Origin: Aliivibrio fischeri ES114
GTDB lineage: Bacteria > Pseudomonadota > Gammaproteobacteria > Enterobacterales > Vibrionaceae
Strand: one strand, 5' to 3'
Length of the DNA stretch: 32,000 bases
Assembly: GCF_000011805.1 (NCBI RefSeq)
Contig: NC_006840.2
The notes under the pieces were generated by a model, which ran no database searches, had not been told where the DNA came from, and was given only the letters and a program-made list of their open reading frames with translations. Position 1 is the first letter of the stretch. Each line of letters starts with the position of its first letter. The position numbers and the translations under genes are program-made. Below, in pieces: positions 1 through 8,545 of the stretch.

Positions 1-566
1 TACAACCTCAAAATGGCGAATTAATTCTTGATTGCTGTGCTGCTCCTGGTGGTAAAACAGCGCACATTCTAGAACGCACACAAGATACAAGTGTGGTTGC
101 CATTGATTGTGATGAAACACGTTTAAAACGAGTTTATGAAAACTTAGAACGCTTAAACCTTAAAGCACAAGTTATTTGTGGTGATGCTCGCCATCCAGAA
201 GAATGGTGGAAAGGCGAACAATTTGACCGCATTTTATTGGACGCACCTTGTTCTGCAACAGGGGTTATTCGTCGTCACCCAGACATCAAGTGGTTACGTC
301 GTTCAGAAGACATTAAAGCACTGGCTGAACTGCAAAGTGAAATCTTTGATGCTATGTGGTTACAGTTAAAGTCTGGCGGCACCATGGTTTATGCGACTTG
401 TTCAATTACGCCTTTAGAAAACTGCGATCAGGTAAAAGCGTTTTTAGCACGAACAAGTGATGCAACATTAATTGATAATACAGATCCTGAAAAACCAGGA
501 CGTCAAATTCTTCCAGGTGAAGAGAATATGGACGGCTTCTACTACGCTGTTCTACAAAAAGCCTAA
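1..566 (+). CDS. rsmB: 16S rRNA m5C967 methyltransferase RsmB/Sun, C-terminal part (5' end outside window)
   Basis: Frame 3 is open from the window edge, so track ORF 93..566 is only the part after an internal Met. Translation from nt 3 gives [16 protein letters not shown] (SAM-binding motif), then [15 protein letters not shown] and VYATCS (catalytic Cys motifs). It sits directly upstream of trkA, as in E. coli fmt-rsmB-trkA. Confidence 0.9.
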   Translation, partial: QPQNGELILDCCAAPGGKTAHILERTQDTSVVAIDCDETRLKRVYENLERLNLKAQVICGDARHPEEWWKGEQFDRILLDAPCSATGVIRRHPDIKWLRRSEDIKALAELQSEIFDAMWLQLKSGGTMVYATCSITPLENCDQVKAFLARTSDATLIDNTDPEKPGRQILPGEENMDGFYYAVLQKA

Positions 567-590
567 TCGGAATACGAGCGAGCAAACGGT

Positions 591-1967
591 ATGAAAATCA
601 TCATCTTAGGTGCGGGTCAAGTGGGCGGCACATTAGCTGAGAACTTGGTGGGCGAAAACAACGATATTACGGTTGTTGATAAGAGCTCTGAACGACTGCG
701 TGAGTTGCAAGATAAATACGATTTACGTGTAGTTCAAGGGTTTGCTAGTCACCCAGATACATTAAGAGAAGCCGGTGCACAAGATGCCGATATGTTAGTT
801 GCCGTCACTAATTCCGACGAAACGAACATGATCGCCTGTCAAATTGCATTTACTGTATTTAATACACCAAACCGTATTGCTCGTATTCGTTCTCCTGAAT
901 ATTTAAGAGAAAAAGAACGCCTTTTCCAATCAGATGCGATTCCAGTTGATCATTTGATCGCTCCAGAAGAACTCGTTACTGGATACATCGAACGCTTAAT
1001 CGAATACCCAGGTGCACTTCAAGTAGCCAGCTTTGCAGAGAAGAAAGTAAGTCTTGTTGCTGTTAAAGCCTATTACGGTGGTCCTCTCGTCGGTAATGCG
1101 TTATCCGCACTTCGTGATCACATGCCTCATATTGATACTCGTGTTGCGGCTATTTTCCGTCAAGGCCGACCAATTCGCCCTCAGGGAACGACCGTTATCG
1201 AAGCTGACGATGAAGTATTCTTTGTTGCAGCAAGTAACCATATCCGTGCAGTAATGAGTGAATTACAGCGTTTAGAGCGCCCATACAAACGAATTATGAT
1301 TGTTGGTGGCGGTAATATCGGAGCAGGTCTTGCGAGACGCTTAGAACAAAACTACAGCGTTAAACTGATTGAACGTAATATGAAGCGAGCAGAAGAGTTA
1401 TCTGAACTGCTTGAAGAAAGCATTGTATTTTGTGGTGATGCTGCAGACCAAGAGCTACTAAGTGAAGAACACATCGATCAAGTTGATGTGTTCATCGCTG
1501 TCACTAACGAAGACGAAGCCAATATCATGTCAGCCATGCTAGCAAAACGCATGGGTGCTAAAAAAGTCATGGTATTGATTCAACGTGGCGCTTATGTGGA
1601 TTTAGTGCAGGGTGGCGTTATTGATGTGGCCATCTCACCACAACAAGCGACAATTTCAGCGCTATTAACGCATGTTCGTCGTGCTGATATCGTTAACGTA
1701 TCCTCTCTTCGTCGTGGTGCAGCCGAAGCGATTGAAGCCATTGCACATGGTGATGAAACCACATCAAAAGTCGTTGGTAGAGAAGTTCAAAATATAAAAC
1801 TACCACCAGGCACAACCATTGGTGCAATTGTTCGAGGTGAAGAAGTATTAATCGCACACGATAAGACCGTGATAGAGCAGGATGATCACGTTGTTATGTT
1901 CCTAGTGGATAAGAAATACGTTCAGGATGTAGAACGCTTATTCCAACCGAGTCCGTTCTTCTTATAA
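591..1967 (+). CDS. trkA: Trk K+ uptake system, NAD-binding peripheral subunit TrkA
   Basis: 458 aa. The N-terminus [19 protein letters not shown] matches E. coli TrkA almost exactly. A second Rossmann repeat is present ([14 protein letters not shown]). Confidence 0.96.
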   Translation: MKIIILGAGQVGGTLAENLVGENNDITVVDKSSERLRELQDKYDLRVVQGFASHPDTLREAGAQDADMLVAVTNSDETNMIACQIAFTVFNTPNRIARIRSPEYLREKERLFQSDAIPVDHLIAPEELVTGYIERLIEYPGALQVASFAEKKVSLVAVKAYYGGPLVGNALSALRDHMPHIDTRVAAIFRQGRPIRPQGTTVIEADDEVFFVAASNHIRAVMSELQRLERPYKRIMIVGGGNIGAGLARRLEQNYSVKLIERNMKRAEELSELLEESIVFCGDAADQELLSEEHIDQVDVFIAVTNEDEANIMSAMLAKRMGAKKVMVLIQRGAYVDLVQGGVIDVAISPQQATISALLTHVRRADIVNVSSLRRGAAEAIEAIAHGDETTSKVVGREVQNIKLPPGTTIGAIVRGEEVLIAHDKTVIEQDDHVVMFLVDKKYVQDVERLFQPSPFFL

Positions 1968-1969
1968 TT

Positions 1970-3415
1970 ATGGTTAACTACAAACCGATCCTATTTGTAA
2001 TAGGGCTTGTTTTATCAAAACTCGCCCTATTTATGTATATCCCGACACTCGTAGCACTGTTTACAGGTACTGGTGGTTTTATCGAATTTGGACAAGCGGT
2101 TGCCATTACTCACATAGTGGCATTTGCTTGTTTAACTTTGGGCCGCAGCAAACAGTTTAAAATGAACGTGCGGGATATGTTTTTAATAACAACACTTGTG
2201 TGGACCATTGCAAGTGCTTTCGCTGCACTTCCTTTTGTGTTTATTAACCACATCAGCTTTACCGACGCTTACTTTGAAACCATGTCAGGCATCACAACGA
2301 CTGGTTCAACGGTGCTCAGTGGGTTAGATGATATGGCACCAAGTATTTTATTATGGCGTTCAACGTTACAGTGGCTAGGTGGTGTAGGTTTTATTGTAAT
2401 GGCAGTAGCCATCTTACCTATGCTCAATGTCGGTGGTATGCGACTGTTCCAAACGGAATCTTCTGATTGGTCAGATAAAAGCGCCCCGAGAACCAAATAT
2501 GTCGCCAAATACATTGTGAATGTGTATTTAAGCTTAACCTTACTGTGTTTCTTAAGCTATTTAGTGACAGGGATGACACCATTTGAAGCCATAAACCACG
2601 CATTTACTACGCTATCCACAGGAGGATACTCCACCTCTGATAGTTCAATGAATCGTTTTTCAAATAGCACGCACTGGGTAGCATCATTCTTTATGTTTGC
2701 AGGTGGTTTGCCTTTCTTACTCTTTATTCAAGTACTTAAAAAGCGCGATCCCAAAGTTCTCTTTAAAGATGCTCAGGTCGTTGGGTTTCTAAAATTAGTA
2801 TTAATCACCAGCTTATTAGTTGCGATTTGGTTAGTGATTCATAATGACTATGCCATTATGGATGCGTTACGAGTCTCTGTGTTTAATATTGTTTCTGTTG
2901 TGACTACAACGGGTTTTGGTTTGGATGACTTTACATCGTGGGGAGCATTCCCTGCCATCATCTTTGCTTTTGTTATGCTAACAGGTGCATGTTCAGGTTC
3001 GACAGCGGGTGGTATAAAAATCTTCCGCTTCCAGATTGCATCAACCATGTTGAATAAACAGATGATGAAACTGATCCACCCATCAGGGATCTTTGTTCAA
3101 CGTTATAATGGCCGTCCAGTAACCGATGACATTGCACGTTCGGTTGTTGCTCTTGTCTTTACCTTCCTATTAACCATCATCATTATCTCTGCGTTATTAG
3201 GTAGCTTAGGACTTGATCCCGTAACGAGTATCACCAGTGCCGTTACTGCTGTTGCTAACGTAGGTCCAGGTATGGGGCATATTGTTGGCCCAACAGGTAA
3301 CTTTGCAACACTACCAGATACGGCAAAATGGATACTCAGTATTGGAATGTTGATGGGGCGATTAGAAATTTTAACCGTATTGGTTTTATTCTTCCCAGCC
3401 TTTTGGAAGGGTTAA
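1970..3415 (+). CDS. trkH: Trk K+ uptake system membrane subunit TrkH
   Basis: 481-aa polytopic membrane protein with repeated TTTG/STGG selectivity-filter-like motifs (GITTTGST, LSTGGYS, VVTTTGFG). Its start is 2 nt after the trkA stop, suggesting translational coupling. Confidence 0.92.
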   Translation: MVNYKPILFVIGLVLSKLALFMYIPTLVALFTGTGGFIEFGQAVAITHIVAFACLTLGRSKQFKMNVRDMFLITTLVWTIASAFAALPFVFINHISFTDAYFETMSGITTTGSTVLSGLDDMAPSILLWRSTLQWLGGVGFIVMAVAILPMLNVGGMRLFQTESSDWSDKSAPRTKYVAKYIVNVYLSLTLLCFLSYLVTGMTPFEAINHAFTTLSTGGYSTSDSSMNRFSNSTHWVASFFMFAGGLPFLLFIQVLKKRDPKVLFKDAQVVGFLKLVLITSLLVAIWLVIHNDYAIMDALRVSVFNIVSVVTTTGFGLDDFTSWGAFPAIIFAFVMLTGACSGSTAGGIKIFRFQIASTMLNKQMMKLIHPSGIFVQRYNGRPVTDDIARSVVALVFTFLLTIIIISALLGSLGLDPVTSITSAVTAVANVGPGMGHIVGPTGNFATLPDTAKWILSIGMLMGRLEILTVLVLFFPAFWKG

Positions 3416-3434
3416 CACAGTAACAATGAAAAAT

Positions 3435-3466
3435 GACCTAGTATTTCTACTAGGCCATTTTTATTT
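3435..3466. terminator. Bidirectional rho-independent terminator between convergent trkH and yqfA-like gene
   Basis: Stem cctagta (3438-3444) / tactagg (3449-3455) with loop tttc, extendable to atg.cctagta/tactagg.cat. It is flanked by an A-run upstream and tttttattt downstream, so it reads as hairpin plus U-run on both strands. Confidence 0.75.
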
Positions 3467-3477
3467 ATAAACAGGTA

Positions 3478-4125
3478 TTAAACCGGCTTTACGTAATAAT
3501 AAATCGACAAGAATTGAGTAACACAGCCACCTAATACAAATAAGTGCCAAATAGCATGGTTATATGGGATCTTTTTGGCGACATAAAAAATAACACCTAA
3601 AGAATAAATCACACCACCAAGTCCCAGCAAAATCACACCGTTAATATCGATATGAATAACCAATTGATACACAGCAATCACTGATAACCATCCCATTATG
3701 AGATAGGTAATTAGCGATAATTTTTTAAATCGATATACAAATACAATTTTTCCAATAATACCAATAAGCGCAATAGCCCAAATCACACCCATCAACCAGT
3801 AGGCTAATGGTGTTCTCAAACTCACCAATAAATAGGGTGTATAGCTACCGGCAATCAAAAGAAAAATCGCACAATGATCCAAGGTTTTTAATAATCTTTT
3901 CGCTTTAGGTGCGGCAATAGAATGGTAAAGCGTCGACGCTAAAAAAAGTAAAATAATACTCGCACCATAAACAGACATACTGGTTATGGTTAGCCAATCC
4001 GCATTAGCTGCATTGGCTTTTAAAAGCAATAAGATTAAAGCAACAACACCAAAAACCATCCCTAAAGCATGGCTTAAACTGTTCGCTAATTCTTCTTTTT
4101 TTGAATATGGAGCGGAGGTAGGCAT
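3478..4125 (-). CDS. yqfA: Hemolysin-III / PAQR family 7-TM channel protein (YqfA-like)
   Basis: 215 aa with 7 predicted TM segments. Conserved stretches [24 protein letters not shown] and [14 protein letters not shown] closely match E. coli YqfA as I recall it. Confidence 0.85.
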   Translation of the reverse strand: MPTSAPYSKKEELANSLSHALGMVFGVVALILLLLKANAANADWLTITSMSVYGASIILLFLASTLYHSIAAPKAKRLLKTLDHCAIFLLIAGSYTPYLLVSLRTPLAYWLMGVIWAIALIGIIGKIVFVYRFKKLSLITYLIMGWLSVIAVYQLVIHIDINGVILLGLGGVIYSLGVIFYVAKKIPYNHAIWHLFVLGGCVTQFLSIYYYVKPV

Positions 4126-4161
4126 AATTATCTCATAGAGTGATTACTCGATAAGATCAGT

Positions 4162-4209
4162 ATGACACATTTAAGCGTACAGTTGTAAGCTTAAATGTGT
4201 CATTTTTTT
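4162..4209 (+). terminator. Strong hairpin plus T7 run, oriented as a + strand intrinsic terminator between two - strand genes
   Basis: atgacacatttaagcgtac (4162-4180) pairs with gtaagcttaaatgtgtcat (4185-4203): a 19-bp stem with one mismatch and tetraloop agtt. A run of 7 T follows (4203-4209, the first T completing the stem). On the - strand the hairpin is followed only by cugaucuuauc. Confidence 0.55.
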
Positions 4210-4224
4210 CATCAAACCTATCAA

Positions 4225-5013
4225 TTAGGTGGTTTGATTTAAGAAATCAATCACTTGCTTCCCTGCTTCTTCTGGCGTTAAACGGGTTGAAAGACTTAAT
4301 TTTCTTTTTAACTCACCACGCCCAAGCATTGATGATAATAAGCCTCGCGCACCACCTTTATGTCTTCTGTCTATCTCAAACCATAATTGCAACTCATCCG
4401 CTGTTCTATGAGCAATCATTTCAAGCTCTCGCCAGCTACCATGATAAGGGCCATCAAAAGGCACAAACTCAAACTCTTGCACAAAAGGTAAATCAAACCC
4501 TTTAACGTGCTCACATTCAACCTGACGGATCCGCAAGCCTTCAGTTTCTAAGGCGGTTAATACACCATCAAAGAGATCATCAGGACGAACAGTAATAGGG
4601 TCTTTATCTGTTGGATCTAAACCAAGAGAAATATCTAACCCTGTTTGAACCCACACTTTGGCATCACCAATCGTAATTGGTGTATTTAGTGGAAGATCCA
4701 ATTCCAATTCAAATTTACGCTCTTGCTTTGGCTCTATCGTAAATGCATAAGGCAAACTCCAATCCGCCAACACATGAGTTTGCTTAATCATTTGGGTTTG
4801 TGAGCCATTTTCACTTTTACGATGAACTTCTTTTTTGTACTGACAACATAATTTCAAATCAATATTATCAATATCTTGAGCCGTTGCACCGCCAGTAACT
4901 TCAATGGTTACTTGAGCTTTTTGCCCTGGTATCAAAACTTCATGGTGAATGATCGTATCCACATTTGCAGAACCAATGCCTAATGACGCTAACGTTTTTT
5001 TAAAAAAAGACAT
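4225..5013 (-). CDS. Spo0M-family (sporulation-control-like, arrestin-like fold) protein
   Basis: 262 aa. The N-terminus MSFFKKTLASLGIGSANVDT...GQKAQVTIEVTGGATAQDIDNIDLKL resembles the B. subtilis Spo0M / PF07070 family signature. AGGAG RBS lies 7 nt upstream of the ATG. Confidence 0.8.
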   Translation of the reverse strand: MSFFKKTLASLGIGSANVDTIIHHEVLIPGQKAQVTIEVTGGATAQDIDNIDLKLCCQYKKEVHRKSENGSQTQMIKQTHVLADWSLPYAFTIEPKQERKFELELDLPLNTPITIGDAKVWVQTGLDISLGLDPTDKDPITVRPDDLFDGVLTALETEGLRIRQVECEHVKGFDLPFVQEFEFVPFDGPYHGSWRELEMIAHRTADELQLWFEIDRRHKGGARGLLSSMLGRGELKRKLSLSTRLTPEEAGKQVIDFLNQTT

Positions 5014-5253
5014 TTTTATCTCCTAACCAATCCATGTTTTATGCTCTTATTATTGCTCAGTTATCATAATTACGCTGAGATGCACCTCGACTAATTGACA
5101 GTTTATGTTACCCTTATAGGGTGTTTTTTAAACACATAATCCTGACTATTTATTTGGATTGGCGAAAGCTAAAAAGAGTTTCACCTTGATGTAACTCATA
5201 AATAGTTAGGTCATTAATTTGGCCAAGGAAGTGCCTGACTATAGAGATAGATA

Positions 5254-5421
5254 ATGCGTCCTATGACTGTCAGGTTCTCACGCTCTGCTTCAACACATAG
5301 CGTGGATCGTCGTCGCAGCCACTTTGTAAAAGCAGCTGTTGCGAAAAAGAACGTACCTGAAATGACTTTAGTGGTTTCAGAAAAAACAGAAACTGAAAAA
5401 GAAGTTTCATGTGCGGCATAA
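5254..5421 (+). CDS. Hypothetical 55-aa basic protein; may instead be the body of a non-coding RNA
   Basis: ATG 5254 to TAA 5419-5421 translates to MRPMTVRFSRSASTHSVDRRRSHFVKAAVAKKNVPEMTLVVSEKTETEKEVSCAA. It appears to fall below the track's shortest reported ORFs (about 60 aa). An intrinsic terminator follows 4 nt after the stop. The SD is weak (agagat) and I recognise no homolog. Confidence 0.3.
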   Translation: MRPMTVRFSRSASTHSVDRRRSHFVKAAVAKKNVPEMTLVVSEKTETEKEVSCAA

Positions 5422-5424
5422 TTT

Positions 5425-5460
5425 AAAAGCGTAGCCTATTGGTTGCGCTTTTTCTTTTTT
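5425..5460 (+). terminator. Rho-independent terminator closing a + strand unit upstream of yihD
   Basis: aaaagcgtagcc (5425-5436) / ggttgcgctttt (5441-5452) with loop tatt. The 12-bp RNA stem includes two G.U pairs and is followed by ttttctttttt up to 5460. Confidence 0.7.
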
Positions 5461-5514
5461 AAAAAGCACTTTTTTCTACATGAGAATCCGATCATTTACT
5501 TACTCTAACTGGTA

Positions 5515-5542
5515 TTAACATCCCTTATAACTGATATATACT
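5515..5542 (+). promoter_or_regulatory. Candidate sigma70 promoter of yihD
   Basis: TTAACA (5515-5520), 16-nt spacer, TATACT (5537-5542). It lies just downstream of the 5425-5460 terminator and about 15 nt upstream of the AAGGAG RBS (5558-5563). Confidence 0.4.
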
Positions 5543-5571
5543 AACCCTAATAATTATAAGGAGAATGCTCA

Positions 5572-5835
5572 ATGAAATGTCACCGCGTAAATGAATTAAT
5601 CGAATTAATTCACCCTGAATGGAAAAAAGAACCAGAACTAAATCTTATGCAGTTTATTGTAAAACTTGCAGAAGAAACAAAATACGAAGGTAAGTTAGAA
5701 GACCTTACTGATGATGTTCTAATCTATCACCTAAAAATGCGAAATAGCGAAAAAACAGAAATGATCCCAGGTCTTGCTAAAGACCAAGAAGATGATTTTA
5801 AAACCGCAATTCTAAAAGCTCGTGGGATTTTATAA
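5572..5835 (+). CDS. yihD: YihD (DUF1040) family protein
   Basis: 87 aa. [25 protein letters not shown]...[13 protein letters not shown]...[13 protein letters not shown] is collinear with E. coli YihD. Strong RBS. Confidence 0.9.
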   Translation: MKCHRVNELIELIHPEWKKEPELNLMQFIVKLAEETKYEGKLEDLTDDVLIYHLKMRNSEKTEMIPGLAKDQEDDFKTAILKARGIL

Positions 5836-5852
5836 GTAACTCACCATGCTAT

Positions 5853-5885
5853 GATCTGGTTTGTCACCGAACCAGATCGGTTTCC
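5853..5885 (+). terminator. Hairpin after yihD (weak terminator)
   Basis: gatctggtt (5853-5861) / aaccagatc (5870-5878), a 9-bp stem with an 8-nt loop. It is followed by ggtttcct, which is a poor U-run. Confidence 0.4.
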
Positions 5886-6046
5886 TATCAAATAAAACAC
5901 ACTTTTTTAACTAAATTTGAACCTTCTTACGTATTCCTTTTAGTCATCAGGCTATAATTCATCCGCAATGTCATCTAGTTACCAAGTAAAAAATAATGCT
6001 CAACACTACTCACTTGGTATCATAATAATAATATTTAGGAAGAATA

Positions 6047-7465
6047 ATGAGTCAGGAAAAAATAGACATCAAGGATGTGACTCCAAAGCAATTTAACCCT
6101 AAGACCCATAAATCCAGTAGTGATCGCTTTAATCCAAGCTCTGGAATTTATGTTCGCCAAAGTAAAGGAACCTTCCAGAAATTGCGCCGCTATGGAGCAT
6201 GGTTTCTGCTTGCCTTATTTATTCTCACACCTTGGATTTCCTTTGGTGACCGCCAAGCTATTTTACTCGATATTGGAAATCAGCAGTTTAGCTTCTTTGG
6301 TACGACTCTTTTCCCTCAAGACCTGACTCTTCTCGCGCTTCTTTTTGTGATAGCCGCCTTCGGGTTGTTTTTTATCACCACTTTTTTAGGACGAGTATGG
6401 TGTGGTTATTTGTGTCCACAAACCGTTTGGACTTTCATGTACATTTGGTTTGAAGAAAAATTAGAAGGCTCAGCCAACAAACGTCGTAAACAAGATCAAA
6501 TGAAAAAGACACCAAACTTGTTACTTCGAAAAACACTCAAACACCTCGCATGGATTACTATTGCTATTGCCACTGGCATTACTTTTGTCGGCTATTTTGT
6601 TCCTGTAAAAGAACTCGTTGTTGATTTTTTTACTTTCAATAGTGATTTTTTACCTGCATTTTGGGTTCTTTTCTTTGCTGGCTGTACTTATGGAAACGCA
6701 GGTTGGATGCGTTCAATCGTTTGTTTGCATATGTGTCCTTACGCTCGTTTCCAATCAGCCATGTTTGATAAAGACACTTATATTGTTGGTTATGACCCAA
6801 AACGAGGAGAAGCTCGTGGTCCTCGATCACGTAAAAAAGATCCAAAAGAATTAGGATTAGGCGACTGTATTGACTGTAATTTATGCGTGCAGGTATGTCC
6901 GACAGGCATCGATATCCGTGATGGTCTGCAATACGAATGCATTAACTGTGGCGCTTGTATTGATGCGTGTAACGAAACCATGGATAAGATGAAATATGAC
7001 AAAAACCTTATCAGCTATACCACTGAACATAAATTAGCTGGACATAAAACTCATGTTCTGCGTCCAAAGTTAATTGGTTATGGTGTCGTTATGTTGCTGA
7101 TGATAGGGCTATTTATTACTCAAATAGCAACGGTAGAACCTATGGGGCTAGATGTTTTACGCGATAGAAACCAATTAGCCAGAATCAGCAGTTCGGGTTT
7201 AATCGAAAATACTTACACCTTAAAAATCATTAATAAAACCCAACAAACTCAAGAATACGATCTCAATGTAACAGGCATTGATAATCTCACTTGGTATGGT
7301 TCACAACGTGTGAATGTCAAAGCAGGTGAGGTATTAAGCTTACCGATAAGCTTAGGAGCAAGTGAAGCCGAATTAAATAAAACCATCACAACAATTGAAT
7401 TTGAAATAACGAATTCTGATGGCCAAGTGATAAAAGCTGAAAGTCGATTCTTTAAAAAGCTATAA
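6047..7465 (+). CDS. ccoG: Cytochrome c oxidase (cbb3) accessory protein CcoG/FixG/RdxA, membrane 2x[4Fe-4S] ferredoxin
   Basis: 472 aa. N-terminal TM region contains WCGYLCPQ. Two ferredoxin motifs are present, CIDCNLCVQVCP and CINCGACIDACN, followed by a C-terminal FixG-type Ig-like domain. AGGAAG RBS. Confidence 0.88.
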   Translation: MSQEKIDIKDVTPKQFNPKTHKSSSDRFNPSSGIYVRQSKGTFQKLRRYGAWFLLALFILTPWISFGDRQAILLDIGNQQFSFFGTTLFPQDLTLLALLFVIAAFGLFFITTFLGRVWCGYLCPQTVWTFMYIWFEEKLEGSANKRRKQDQMKKTPNLLLRKTLKHLAWITIAIATGITFVGYFVPVKELVVDFFTFNSDFLPAFWVLFFAGCTYGNAGWMRSIVCLHMCPYARFQSAMFDKDTYIVGYDPKRGEARGPRSRKKDPKELGLGDCIDCNLCVQVCPTGIDIRDGLQYECINCGACIDACNETMDKMKYDKNLISYTTEHKLAGHKTHVLRPKLIGYGVVMLLMIGLFITQIATVEPMGLDVLRDRNQLARISSSGLIENTYTLKIINKTQQTQEYDLNVTGIDNLTWYGSQRVNVKAGEVLSLPISLGASEAELNKTITTIEFEITNSDGQVIKAESRFFKKL

Positions 7466-7483
7466 TCACTTTATTACTGACAC

Positions 7484-7508
7484 AAAAGGCTCGTAATGAG
7501 CCTTTTTT
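7484..7508 (+). terminator. Rho-independent terminator after ccoG
   Basis: aaaaggctc (7484-7492) / gagcctttt (7498-7506) with loop gtaat, followed by a T-run to 7508. Confidence 0.75.
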
Positions 7509-7521
7509 ATTGAGAATGACT

Positions 7522-8505
7522 ATGTCTGAACACGCTTTTAATTTCAGTACGCTTACCCCTGATTTACTCTGGAATGCTCTTGCTGATATCGGCATTAGAG
7601 CAGAGTCAGGTTTTCTTGCTTTAAACAGTTATGAAAACCGTGTCTATCAATTTACCGACGAAGAACGACGTCGTTATGTTGTGAAGTTTTATCGCCCACA
7701 ACGTTGGTCTGAAGCTCAAATACTTGAAGAACACTTATTTGCTCGACAACTTGTTCAACAAGATATTCCAATCGCTGCTCCATTGGAAATTAACGGCAAA
7801 ACCCTACACTCAGCCAATGGTTATTGGTTTGCACTTTTTGATAGCTTAGGAGGCCGCACATTTGAGGTCGATAATTTTGATCAATTAGAGTGGGTGGGAC
7901 GCTTTTTAGGCCGCATTCATAAAGTAGGGGAATCCGAGTTATTTCAACATCGTCCAACAATAGGGCTAGATGAGTACTTGTATCAACCAAGAAAACTATT
8001 AGAAAACAGCTCGTTTATCCCGACACATTTAGAAAATAGCTTTTTCTCTGATATGGATATGTTGATTCAACAAATCGAACAACACTGGCAACCAAGTAAA
8101 TCCATTCGACTGCACGGTGATTGTCACCCTAGCAATATTTTATGGCGTGATGGTCCATTATTTGTTGATTTAGATGACGCCAGAAATGGCCCAGCCGCAC
8201 AAGATATCTGGATGCTGTTAAATGGTGATCGCCAAGATAAGCTTGTTCAGTTAGATATTTTGTTGGAATCTTATTCTGAGTTTTGCGATTTTGACCACAA
8301 CCAGTTGAAACTAATTGAACCTTTACGTGGTCTACGAATGGTGCACTACATGGCATGGCTTGCAAAACGTTGGCAAGATCCTGCTTTTCCTATTGCATTT
8401 CCATGGTTTGCCGACGCAAAATACTGGGAAAGTCAGGTTCTCGGATTTAAAGAACAAATAGCCGCATTAAACGATGCACCTTTAGAACTGATGCCACAAT
8501 GGTAA
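7522..8505 (+). CDS. srkA: Stress-response Ser/Thr kinase SrkA (YihE/RdoA)
   Basis: Aligns with E. coli SrkA from MSEHAFNFSTLTPD, through NSYENRVYQF and VVKFYRPQRW, to the catalytic loop HGDCHPSNILW. The track start at 7510 is a TTG. ATG 7522 fits the E. coli N-terminus best, and ATG 7516 is also possible. Confidence 0.9.
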   Translation: MSEHAFNFSTLTPDLLWNALADIGIRAESGFLALNSYENRVYQFTDEERRRYVVKFYRPQRWSEAQILEEHLFARQLVQQDIPIAAPLEINGKTLHSANGYWFALFDSLGGRTFEVDNFDQLEWVGRFLGRIHKVGESELFQHRPTIGLDEYLYQPRKLLENSSFIPTHLENSFFSDMDMLIQQIEQHWQPSKSIRLHGDCHPSNILWRDGPLFVDLDDARNGPAAQDIWMLLNGDRQDKLVQLDILLESYSEFCDFDHNQLKLIEPLRGLRMVHYMAWLAKRWQDPAFPIAFPWFADAKYWESQVLGFKEQIAALNDAPLELMPQW

Positions 8506-8545
8506 AATATAATACTAATCACAAATGGATTGGAGAGAGTTACAC

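Noticed and set aside
4197-4505. 102-aa + strand ORF in the track
   Set aside because: It is entirely antisense to the well-supported Spo0M-family gene, is low-complexity Leu/Ser/His-rich, and has no RBS. It is a shadow ORF.
178-8365. Short ORFs nested in rsmB, trkA, trkH, ccoG and srkA (178-369, 1054-1254, 2269-2514, 2848-3048, 6120-6326, 6618-6854, 6636-6845, 6790-7002, 7790-7990, 8129-8365)
   Set aside because: They are out-of-frame or antisense overlaps of recognised genes, typical of chance ORFs.
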